A stretch of 32,142 nt of DNA, taken from NCBI GenBank assembly GCA_030637025.1, contig DAOVVV010000028.1:1-32142 (forward strand). Reading direction: 5' to 3'. Below the pieces are notes generated by a model, which was not told where the DNA came from, did not search any database, and worked only from the letters and a program-made list of their open reading frames with translations. The first letter of the stretch is position 1. The number at the start of each line of letters is the position of its first letter. Made by a program: the position numbers and the translations under genes. This stretch comes from Clostridia bacterium. GTDB lineage: Bacteria; CBDUZB01; JAGLHV01. Positions 1 to 7,979 of this stretch are shown piece by piece.

Positions 1-438
1 AGTGATTTAAAAATAGATGGTGCCTATCCGGTAAAACCTCATTCCGGAAGAACTTCTTTTAAAATTTCTTATTCGGCAAAAGGGCCTTATGGTTGGGCCG
101 GTATTTATTGGCAGGAACCGGCGAAGAACTGGGGAACTGTGAAGGGTGGTTTCAATTTAGCAGGGGCAACAAAGTTTACTTTTTGGTTAAGAGGTGAAAA
201 AGGAGGAGAAAGAATAGGGGGATTTACCGTAGGTGGAATAATGGATGGTTCTGTTTCTTCTGATACTGCTAAAGGAAGTCATGGCCCGATAGTAGGTACT
301 AAAGAATGGAAACAATATACTATTGATTTAAGCGGAAAAGATATGTCTAATATTATTAGCGGACTTTCCTTTTCAATTGGTAAAGGAGATAATCCCGGAG
401 GGGCTACTTTTTATTTAGATGATGTAAGATATGAATAA
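1..438 (+). CDS. Partial (5'-truncated) carbohydrate-binding jelly-roll domain protein (CBM11/CIA30-like)
   Basis: Frame +1 is open from base 1 (SDLKIDGAYPVKPHSGRTSFKISY...GWAGIYWQEPAKNWG), beyond the track start at 139. Motifs FTFWLRGEKGGE, EWKQYTIDL and TFYLDDVRYE are typical of galactose-binding-like folds. Confidence 0.7.
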   Translation, partial: SDLKIDGAYPVKPHSGRTSFKISYSAKGPYGWAGIYWQEPAKNWGTVKGGFNLAGATKFTFWLRGEKGGERIGGFTVGGIMDGSVSSDTAKGSHGPIVGTKEWKQYTIDLSGKDMSNIISGLSFSIGKGDNPGGATFYLDDVRYE

Positions 439-514
439 AACGATTGTTGAGTTAATGCTAAAAGTTTAATTGGTCAAATTAGTGCGTGGTTGGATGATTT
501 GTAAAAAAACTAAT

Positions 515-581
515 AGTGTAGGAGTGGTTAAAATTTATTAAAAGACAGATAAATAGAGCTGCTCCTACGCTTTCTTTCTTT
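515..581 (+). terminator. GTAG-type REP-like hairpin followed by a T-rich tail
   Basis: AGTGTAGGAGTGGTT (515-529) pairs with AGCTGCTCCTACGCT (557-571) using G-U pairs, then TTCTTTCTTT. Confidence 0.5.
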
Positions 582-664
582 AAAAAATTAGTTGAAAAAA
601 AAAGTAAAATTAAAAAACTAAAAAACATTTATTGCTAAATTAAAAAAATAATAATAGATATTCT

Positions 665-845
665 AAGAGTTTTGCAAAATAACACATTCTGCCTGTCCGC
701 CAGTACATAAGGTAGGTCATTCCGCTCCGCCTTATCCGCCTGAGGCGGAGGATGATGCGGAATCTATAATGTTCTTAAATATCAATAGATTCCTGCTTCC
801 GCAGGAATGACAATCAAGGTATAAAGGCTATTTTGCAAAAATCTA
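665..845. mobile_element. MITE copy 1 with internal GTCATTCC...GGAATGAC palindromes
   Basis: TIRs AGAGTTTTGCAAAATA (666-681) and TATTTTGCAAAAATCT (829-844) match 15/16. Degenerate flanking duplication TAGATATTCT (655-664) / TAAATATTAT (846-855). Second copy at 11152-11270. Confidence 0.75.
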
Positions 846-875
846 TAAATATTATAAAAAAAGGGGGTATTTAAA

Positions 876-1751
876 ATGAAAAAAATCAGACTATATTTAT
901 TGACGTTCGTTTTACTTCTAAGTTTTGTTTCTTTGGGGATTTTTAGCTGCAGCAAGAAAAAGAAACTCACTTTAAGTTCTTTAGTAATTACTGTATTGCC
1001 GAATCCGGCATCGGTGGAGAAAGGGCATAATGAAACTTTTATTGCTACAGCTCTGCGCAATGGCAGTCCGGTGAGCGTAGATTTTACCTGGTCGGTAAGT
1101 CCCAGTACTTTAGGAACAATAACCGATGAAGGTGTATTTACCGGGTCTGAGTCCGGTTCTGGAACAGTAGTTGCTTCTGCAGAAGGTGAAAGCGGCAGTG
1201 CTGATGTAAGGGTAGGGGCAGACTCTAACTATTATGGTATTCTTAGTGATACCTATCTAAATCCTAGTATAAAATTTGATACGAATAATCCTCCAGATCC
1301 TGATGGTGGATATATGGGTTTTTGGCCATTTGGAGAGATCTCAATGGCAGGGGATAATACAACTTATACTGAAGCTCCGGGAAGTTCAAAAATTACAATT
1401 ACTAGTGGTTGGGCCGGAATGTATGTTATGTTTGGTTATGATGGTACTCCTTCAGGTGGTTCTGCAGTAGAAACGGATATGTCTTTCTATTCAGATGCTT
1501 ATCTTAGATTCGATGTGAAAACGAGTACGGAAGTTATTGTAGGTGTTGAATGGCAAGGAGGATCGGCATCAAAGAAAATTCATGAAGATTTAGGAATAGA
1601 AATGGATGATACTTGGTATCCTGTAGAAATAGACCTTTCTACTTTACCAGGTATAGATTTTAGTACAATTAAATTACCCTTTTTATTCTCAGTAGATGGA
1701 GGGACTGGGGGCACTGTTTTTTGGATAGACAAAGTTCGTTGGGAAAAGTAA
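876..1751 (+). CDS. Lipoprotein with Ig-like (Big_2-type) domain and C-terminal CBM-like domain
   Basis: Signal peptide with lipobox IFS-C. Ig-like segment (ITVLPNPASV...TWSVSP..LGTITDEGVFT). C-terminal jelly-roll ending FWIDKVRWEK. RBS AAGGGGG. Confidence 0.75.
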   Translation: MKKIRLYLLTFVLLLSFVSLGIFSCSKKKKLTLSSLVITVLPNPASVEKGHNETFIATALRNGSPVSVDFTWSVSPSTLGTITDEGVFTGSESGSGTVVASAEGESGSADVRVGADSNYYGILSDTYLNPSIKFDTNNPPDPDGGYMGFWPFGEISMAGDNTTYTEAPGSSKITITSGWAGMYVMFGYDGTPSGGSAVETDMSFYSDAYLRFDVKTSTEVIVGVEWQGGSASKKIHEDLGIEMDDTWYPVEIDLSTLPGIDFSTIKLPFLFSVDGGTGGTVFWIDKVRWEK

Positions 1752-1805
1752 GATTAAAAAAATTATTTATTTTTAAATAAATAATCAAGAAAGATATAAT
1801 AAGAA

Positions 1806-3410
1806 ATGAAGAGAATGAAATATATATTTTTAATTTTTTTCTTTGCTTTAAATATTTTGGTTTTTTATCATTGTTTAGTTCAGGCAGAGTGGAAGATAGA
1901 AATTCTTGACACAGAAGATGATGTGGGTCAATATACTTCTATTGCTATAGACAAAAATAATAATCCCCAAATAAGTTATTATAATGTTGCCAATAGTGAC
2001 CTTAGATATGTATATTGGGACGGTTTTTATTGGGTATATAATATAGTGGATTCAAATGGTGATGTGGGTAAATATTCTTCAATTGCTCTGGATACAAATA
2101 ATTGTCCCCACATTAGTTATTTGGACAGCACTGATGTTCATCTCAAATATGCTAAAAGGGTAAATTCTGTTTGGTACATTGAAGAGCCGGAAGGGGCAAG
2201 CGGTGGTCCATATAGTTCAATCGCTTTTGATACCAATGGAAAACCCCATATTAGTTTTTTGTATATAGCGCCACCCCGTCTTGCATACACCTATTGGCAT
2301 CCGAGTTATTCTTCTTCATGGCATACTACCTATTTAATAGAAACAAATAACACGGGTTCTTATACTTCTATTGCCCTTAATAGCCAAACTGAAGAGGTTT
2401 ATATTAGTTATTATGCCGATGGTGGTCTTAAATATGCCCGCAAGGAGGGTTCAAATTGGTATAAAGAAATAGTTGATTCTGACTACGATGTTGGTTTATA
2501 TACTTCACTTGCTTTGGATACAGATAATTATCCTTGTATAAGTTATTATGACAATAGCCATGGAGACCTTAAATATGCTTATTTGAATGGTTCAAATTGG
2601 TTTACTTGTACAATCGATTCCCAGGCTAATGTTGGTCAATACACTTCGTTGGAAATAGATTCTGATAATAACCCGCACATAAGTTATTATGATGCCTCTA
2701 ATGGGTATCTAAAATATGCTCATAAAGATGGGTCTATATGGGTTATTGAGGTTGTTGATACAGCAGGTAATGTGGGACAATATTGTTCGCTTGCTCTGGA
2801 TGAAAATGATTGTCCTCATATTAGCTATTATGATGCTACTAACGGGGACCTTAAATATGCAAAAAGGGTGCCTGGTTTTTTTATTAAGGGATATGTCAAA
2901 AACTCCGCAGGGGTAGGATTAGCCGGTATTACTTTAACTTTATCCGGTGATGTTTCAAAAACTTATATTACCACGGATACAGGATATTATGAGTTTCTGG
3001 ATTTAATTTCCGGGAATTATACTCTTACTGCGAATAAAGCTGATGGAACTTTTTTATTTGAGCAGAAAAATTATTTTTCTTTAGAAAGTAATTTAGAAAA
3101 TCAGAATTTTATCGGGGTAGAGAGTGGAAAAGCGATAGAGATACATAATTATCCTAATCCCTGTCGTCAGGGGAAGGGAAGTACTTTTGTTTATACTCTT
3201 GGGGAAGCAGATGATGTCTCCCTAAATATTTATACTGATATGGGAGAGTTTGTGAGAGGCGTAGTAGATACTTATACTACACCGGGAACTTATCAGGCAG
3301 GATGGAACGGCAAGGATGTTCATGGAAATCAAATGGAACCTGGTTTGTATTTTGTTGTTTTAAAAGTAGGAAAGAGGGTAAAAAAGAATGCGATAATAAT
3401 TCTTCCTTAA
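1806..3410 (+). CDS. Secreted beta-propeller repeat protein with carboxypeptidase-regulatory-like domain and FlgD-Ig/T9SS-like C-terminal domain
   Basis: Signal peptide (VQA|EW). About 7 repeats of VGQYTSIALDxxxxPHISYY...LKYA. Segment IKGYVKN..G.GLAGITLTLSG. CTD NYPNP...LNIY...WNGKD..G...PGLYFV. Confidence 0.75.
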   Translation: MKRMKYIFLIFFFALNILVFYHCLVQAEWKIEILDTEDDVGQYTSIAIDKNNNPQISYYNVANSDLRYVYWDGFYWVYNIVDSNGDVGKYSSIALDTNNCPHISYLDSTDVHLKYAKRVNSVWYIEEPEGASGGPYSSIAFDTNGKPHISFLYIAPPRLAYTYWHPSYSSSWHTTYLIETNNTGSYTSIALNSQTEEVYISYYADGGLKYARKEGSNWYKEIVDSDYDVGLYTSLALDTDNYPCISYYDNSHGDLKYAYLNGSNWFTCTIDSQANVGQYTSLEIDSDNNPHISYYDASNGYLKYAHKDGSIWVIEVVDTAGNVGQYCSLALDENDCPHISYYDATNGDLKYAKRVPGFFIKGYVKNSAGVGLAGITLTLSGDVSKTYITTDTGYYEFLDLISGNYTLTANKADGTFLFEQKNYFSLESNLENQNFIGVESGKAIEIHNYPNPCRQGKGSTFVYTLGEADDVSLNIYTDMGEFVRGVVDTYTTPGTYQAGWNGKDVHGNQMEPGLYFVVLKVGKRVKKNAIIILP

Positions 3411-3458
3411 ATAAAAATGGTTTTTTTGTAAACAACAAGAAAAAATAGTTTTAAAAAA

Positions 3459-3780
3459 TAAGGTGGTTAATAAAGCCAAAATATGTTTTTCTCTAAACGC
3501 ATAATTTTACCCTGCGGGCACGCAAAAACAAAATAGTCCATAGTCCACAGTCGATAGTCCATAGACAACGGAATAAAGACAACAGATATATGATTTGGAA
3601 GTTTAAATTGATTAAAGGGAGGTTTTAAAAAATGCGGTTTGCAAATGCTAATTTTTGTTAAAATTTGCTAAGTCGTTCAAAACACATTTTGCCTTTATTT
3701 TTTTCTAAGATTGTTTAATAAAGAAATATATATTTTTCACTAAATGCATAGTTTTACCCTATGGACATATAAAAAAAAGC
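3459..3780. repeat. A-B-A palindromic element, copy 1 (interrupted by a heptamer repeat block)
   Basis: Unit A at 3459-3531, degenerate A at 3706-3780 and unit B at about 3647-3703 are colinear with 26233-26488. Confidence 0.85.
3535..3569 (+). repeat. Heptamer tandem repeat AGTCCAT
   Basis: AGTCCAT AGTCCAC AGTCGAT AGTCCAT AGACAAC. Confidence 0.9.
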
Positions 3781-3795
3781 TAATATCCGAGAGAA

Positions 3796-6012
3796 ATGAT
3801 GAGAAAAGCAGTTCTATTTATAATAATTAGTTTAATAATAAATAATGGGTTTATTTTTGGCTCTGAGATGAAGGTACCTGCCGGAGTAGAGGTATCTGCT
3901 TTAGGGGGCGCCGGGACTTCTATGGTGCGAGAGGAATCAGTATATTATAATCCGGCGGCACTTGCTTTTTTCAGAGAGCCTTCTATCGTTACTTCGTGGC
4001 AAAGATGGTATGATTTTATTAATAAAGGCCAGATTATTGGTATTTTTCCCTGCTTTAAAAAAGTGACCATTGGAATTTTTGATAGTTATTCGATTACAAA
4101 AAAAATAGATTGTTGGGATGAAGATAATAATCAGATTAATTCTTCCCGTTTTTTTTCTAATTTAGTAAATATGTCTATTGGTTTCCGGTTAATAAATAAT
4201 TTATCCATTGGTGGTAGTATAAAATATCTTACCGAAAATACTGAAGAGGAACAGGTCTCTTCTAATCTCGCCGGTGATTTATCCGTTTTTACCCAATATA
4301 AGGAAATAATAAATATGGGGGTTAATTGGCAAAACATAGGTAATGTTCAGGAGAGTGTGGTGAAAGCGGGGGTTTCTATGTCGGACAGATCAGAAAAACT
4401 TTCATCTTTTCCCACGATAATTAGTTTAGATTTAAATTATCCTTTACGCTTTAACCCTTATTTATCTCTGGGAATGGAAACATTTCTTTATTCAATATTA
4501 TATGTCCGGGTAGGATATAGAACGGGACCTTTAGATCTGGAAAGATTGGGATATTTGAATGGGTTAAGTTTTGGATTTGGAATTAAGCCTTTTAAAGAAA
4601 GTAATTGGCAGTTGGATTATGCTTTTGTTCCTAACGGGGATTTAGGACAAAAACATCAGGTAAGTATGAAATATAAATTTGGTAAAAAATTAAAGTTAAC
4701 CAAAACCGATCAGGAGGAAGCAACATCCCGGACAAAAGAAGAATTCTTAGAGGAAGGACAAATAAAAACAGAAAGTCTTTTCGAAGAAGGTCTTCAATTA
4801 GTACAACAAGAAAATTATTTAGAAGCAATACTTGTTTTTAACAGATGTCTAAAACAAAATCCGGATTATCAGCAATCAAAAGTTCTACTTAAAGAAGCTT
4901 CTACTAAACTGGACAAAGAAATTATCCTGGAAGGGCAGGATTCAATGATTTTTCAGGGTGTGAAAGAATATTATATAAAAGGAATCAATCAGTACAAAAA
5001 ACATAATTTTGAGGGGGCAATTGGAGAATTTAATAAAGTTATAAAGCATACTTTTCATCCTAAGACCAGAAAATATTTAGAGCAGGCAAAGCAACATCTT
5101 ACAATCCTGGAAAACAAAAAACAGGCAAATTTATATTTTCAGCGTGCGAAAAGTTTAATCAAAGAAGGACAATATACTCAGGCGGAAGAAAATTTAAAAA
5201 AGAGCCTTTTTTATTATTCTGATTATTTGCCGGCAAAAAAATTATTAGAGCAAGTATCACTTAAAACCCATACGGAACAAAAATTGAAGAAACATTTTAT
5301 TACGGGAGAGAAAAATTTTAAGCAAGGTCAATATGAAAAAGCTTTGATTAAATTTTATTATGTATTAAAACTCAATCCGGAAAACAAAAAAGCTTTACAA
5401 ATGATTACTAGATGTGGTTTAAAAATTATAAAAAAAGATAAAGCAGAAAAAATTTCCCCCAAAAAGAGAAAAAATTATTTAAAAAAAGGAAAGATTTATG
5501 AGAAACAAGGGAATTATCAGCAAGCTATTGCTCACTATGCAACGATAATTGTTCATCAGCCGGCGGACATGGAAGTTCTTAAAGAAATACAAAGAGTTTA
5601 TCGAAAAGGACAAAGAGAGGAAAAAGAGCAAAAAAATAAAAAGCAGATTCTTCTGCAGCAGAAAAAAGAAAAAATCAGTCAATATAGTAAAGAAGCCGAA
5701 GAAGCATATAAAGCAGGTAGATATAATTTTGCGATTGAATATTGGCAGAAGGTTTTGGATTTAGATGCGGAAAACGAATATGCTGAAGAAGGAATGAAAA
5801 AATGCAGCAAAAAGTTGGAAAGAGCAACGGGTAAGGGTGTGAATTTAAAGGTAGTGGAAGAATATTATAAACAGGGTTTGATTTATTATAATCAGGGAAA
5901 ATATCAGGAAGCGATATTTGAATGGAAAAAGGTTTTAGAATTAATTCCTGACCATGAAAAAGCAAAGGCAAATATAAAGGCAGTAGAGGAAAAAATGCAG
6001 GTGACCAGATAA
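3796..6012 (+). CDS. PorV/PorQ-family (FadL-like) outer-membrane barrel fused to a long TPR region
   Basis: Signal peptide. ALGGAGT...SVYYNPAALA motif, and a barrel ending LDYAFVPNGDLGQKHQVSMKYKF. Multiple TPRs follow (YYKQGLIYYNQGKYQEAIFEWKKVLELIPDHEKA). Confidence 0.8.
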   Translation: MMRKAVLFIIISLIINNGFIFGSEMKVPAGVEVSALGGAGTSMVREESVYYNPAALAFFREPSIVTSWQRWYDFINKGQIIGIFPCFKKVTIGIFDSYSITKKIDCWDEDNNQINSSRFFSNLVNMSIGFRLINNLSIGGSIKYLTENTEEEQVSSNLAGDLSVFTQYKEIINMGVNWQNIGNVQESVVKAGVSMSDRSEKLSSFPTIISLDLNYPLRFNPYLSLGMETFLYSILYVRVGYRTGPLDLERLGYLNGLSFGFGIKPFKESNWQLDYAFVPNGDLGQKHQVSMKYKFGKKLKLTKTDQEEATSRTKEEFLEEGQIKTESLFEEGLQLVQQENYLEAILVFNRCLKQNPDYQQSKVLLKEASTKLDKEIILEGQDSMIFQGVKEYYIKGINQYKKHNFEGAIGEFNKVIKHTFHPKTRKYLEQAKQHLTILENKKQANLYFQRAKSLIKEGQYTQAEENLKKSLFYYSDYLPAKKLLEQVSLKTHTEQKLKKHFITGEKNFKQGQYEKALIKFYYVLKLNPENKKALQMITRCGLKIIKKDKAEKISPKKRKNYLKKGKIYEKQGNYQQAIAHYATIIVHQPADMEVLKEIQRVYRKGQREEKEQKNKKQILLQQKKEKISQYSKEAEEAYKAGRYNFAIEYWQKVLDLDAENEYAEEGMKKCSKKLERATGKGVNLKVVEEYYKQGLIYYNQGKYQEAIFEWKKVLELIPDHEKAKANIKAVEEKMQVTR

Positions 6013-6036
6013 ATATTAAAAGAAAGGGGAAAAAGA

Positions 6037-6516
6037 GTGAAGTTAAAATTTAAACTGCAGGAATCCAACAGTCCTGAAATTGAGTTGGATAAATCTTTCT
6101 GGTTAGGTAAGATTAAAGTTTGTGTTAATGGGAAAGAAGTAAAACCAATGAAGGAAAAAGGGAATCCCTTCCCTATTCCTATGGGAGATGGGACAGTCAA
6201 AAAAATGTTGGTAAAAGGAGGACTGGATGATCTTCCTAAAGTCATTGTTGACGGAAAACGGATTCATTTAGGCAGAAAACTATTTTGGTATGAATATGCT
6301 TTAGGTTTGATACCGGTTGTGCTTTTAATGGGAGGAGCATGGGGCGGCTTTTGCGGAGGTGTAGGGGTACTGGTTAATTTCAAAATCTTAAGGACTTCTT
6401 ACACAATGAGGACGAAGGTTTTATTTGTTGTGGGGGTTACTTTTTTTTCCAGTTTTATTTATGCAATAATTGTTGTTATGTTTCACCTTTTAATGAGTGC
6501 GGGTGGGGCTATATAA
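6037..6516 (+). CDS. Hypothetical membrane protein
   Basis: GTG start after a purine-rich RBS. Soluble beta-rich N-domain plus 2-3 C-terminal hydrophobic helices. Confidence 0.7.
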   Translation: MKLKFKLQESNSPEIELDKSFWLGKIKVCVNGKEVKPMKEKGNPFPIPMGDGTVKKMLVKGGLDDLPKVIVDGKRIHLGRKLFWYEYALGLIPVVLLMGGAWGGFCGGVGVLVNFKILRTSYTMRTKVLFVVGVTFFSSFIYAIIVVMFHLLMSAGGAI

Positions 6517-6568
6517 AAAGAAAAAGTGTGCACTTTTAATTCTTAAATAACAAAAAAACAAACTTAAC

Positions 6569-6597
6569 TTGACATTGTTTTAATGTAAATGTATAAT
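6569..6597 (+). promoter_or_regulatory. Consensus sigma70 promoter
   Basis: TTGACA (6569-6574), 17-nt spacer, TATAAT (6592-6597): perfect consensus. Confidence 0.85.
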
Positions 6598-6634
6598 ATC
6601 TTACTTAATTTTTTCTTTATCAGTGTTATTTATT

Positions 6635-6669
6635 AGAGGTATCTGTTTTTTGTGAATAGATGCTTTTTT
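6635..6669 (+). terminator. Terminator-like hairpin in the 5' leader
   Basis: AGAGGTATCTGTT pairs with AATAGATGCTTTT (several G-U pairs) and runs into a T tract. Confidence 0.4.
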
Positions 6670-6720
6670 GTCTTATTTAATGACTCTGAAAAAGGGTGTT
6701 AAAAGGGGTTTTTAGCAAGG

Positions 6721-7575
6721 ATGAAGAAAACAGATGTATTAAAATTTTTGATAGTTATAAATCTGTTAGCAATTGTTTTAATTGTCTGGTTCGCCTGGAT
6801 ACAAGATCCAAAATCTGTTTTAGAAGATACTCCGGAAATAAAAGTAGAAACGATAAAGTTAGAGTCGATGGAAAATTTTAAAGAACCTTTGCAGGAAGAA
6901 ATAACCAAGCAAAAAAAACCAGAGAAAAAAGAAAAAAAAGTAATAAAAAAACCGGAAAAAAAAGTAATAAAAATGGCAAAGAAGAAAAAACCGGAAAAAA
7001 AAGAAGTTGTTCCTGAAAAAACATCTAAAGTTTGTATTTATGGTTTGCTAAGTGATAAATATACGGAACCTTCTTTGAAATTTGATACGGCTAATCCCGG
7101 AAATGTAGATGGGGGGTATTTAGGTGCCTGGGGGTCGGCGCAGGTAAAGGGCGGTATTCCGGATACTTATAATGATCCTCCTTCCAGTCTTAAAGTTGCC
7201 TGTGTTGGCGGATGGGGTGGTGTCTGGTTTCAATTTGGATTTGATCCTAAGGGTTCCCCGGGTGAAGCCATGGAAAGAGATATGTCTCTTTATGGAAAAT
7301 ATATAAGGTTCGACATGAAAAGTGACGGAGAAGTAATTGTGGGTATGGAGTGGTGGGATGAAATTGCTCAAAATAAAGATTCAGCCGATATAAAAATTAA
7401 ACGTGATTTAAAATTTCCTACGGATAATAAATGGCATTCTGTTAAAATTGAGTTCACCAAAATAAGAGGAAAAAATTACGGTCATTCGATTAATTTTAAA
7501 AAAATAAAATTACCGGTAAGTTTTTGCGGGGAAAATGTTACTTTTTATATTGATAATTTAAGATGGGAAAAATAA
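6721..7575 (+). CDS. Membrane-anchored protein with KKPEKK linker and CBM-like domain paralogous to 876-1751
   Basis: N-terminal TM helix and Lys/Glu/Pro repeats. C-domain shares YGxLSDxYxxPSxKFDTxNP..DGGY, DMSxY..Y.RFD.K..EVIVG.EW, IKLP and F.ID..RWEK with 876-1751. Confidence 0.8.
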   Translation: MKKTDVLKFLIVINLLAIVLIVWFAWIQDPKSVLEDTPEIKVETIKLESMENFKEPLQEEITKQKKPEKKEKKVIKKPEKKVIKMAKKKKPEKKEVVPEKTSKVCIYGLLSDKYTEPSLKFDTANPGNVDGGYLGAWGSAQVKGGIPDTYNDPPSSLKVACVGGWGGVWFQFGFDPKGSPGEAMERDMSLYGKYIRFDMKSDGEVIVGMEWWDEIAQNKDSADIKIKRDLKFPTDNKWHSVKIEFTKIRGKNYGHSINFKKIKLPVSFCGENVTFYIDNLRWEK

Positions 7576-7580
7576 AGAAG

Positions 7581-7926
7581 AAGACAAAACAAAAGTCCAT
7601 AGTTGACAGACAAAAACAGGCACAAAGGCATCAAGGCACAGAGGCACAGAGTTAAAGAACTCAAGACAAAAATTAGTCCATCGTCTATTGATAACAAATA
7701 ACATAATCAACCACAACGACAGTTATGAATTATGAGTTAAAAACAAAAACAGATTTAGTTCATAGTCCATAGATAACAGATAAAAGATATAAAGACGGTT
7801 AATAAAGACAGTTGAATTAGTTTAGATTGGTTAGATAAAGACAAAGACAGTTTTATTGGTTTAGATTTGTTGAATTGATAAAAGATAAAAAACAAAAAAA
7901 TAGATACTAAATCCGAAATACGAAAT
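7581..7926 (+). repeat. Mosaic array of different short tandem repeats separated by AAAGAC/AAAAAC-like linkers
   Basis: Blocks of AGTCCAT (three blocks), AGGCACAG x4, A(G/A)TTATG x2.5, (A/G)GTT(T)AGATT-like (two blocks) and T(A/C)CGAAA x3. Confidence 0.85.
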
Positions 7927-7979
7927 GAATCTATGTTTTTTTCTCCTTCTTGATGAGGGGATAGAGGGTGGGTAAATAA

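Noticed and set aside
782-1060. Minus-strand 92-aa ORF ending VIPAEAGIY
   Set aside because: Antisense to the lipoprotein gene. The tail is simply the translated GTCATTCC palindrome.
1762-1785. AT-only palindrome ATTATTTATTT-TT-AAATAAATAAT
   Set aside because: Real but low-complexity in AT-rich DNA. No second copy supports an operator role.
7581-7926. Hidden protein-coding repeat gene or DGR template region
   Set aside because: No ORF is present in the track, repeat periods are mostly not multiples of 3, and I saw no RT gene or adenine-variant partner region in the window.
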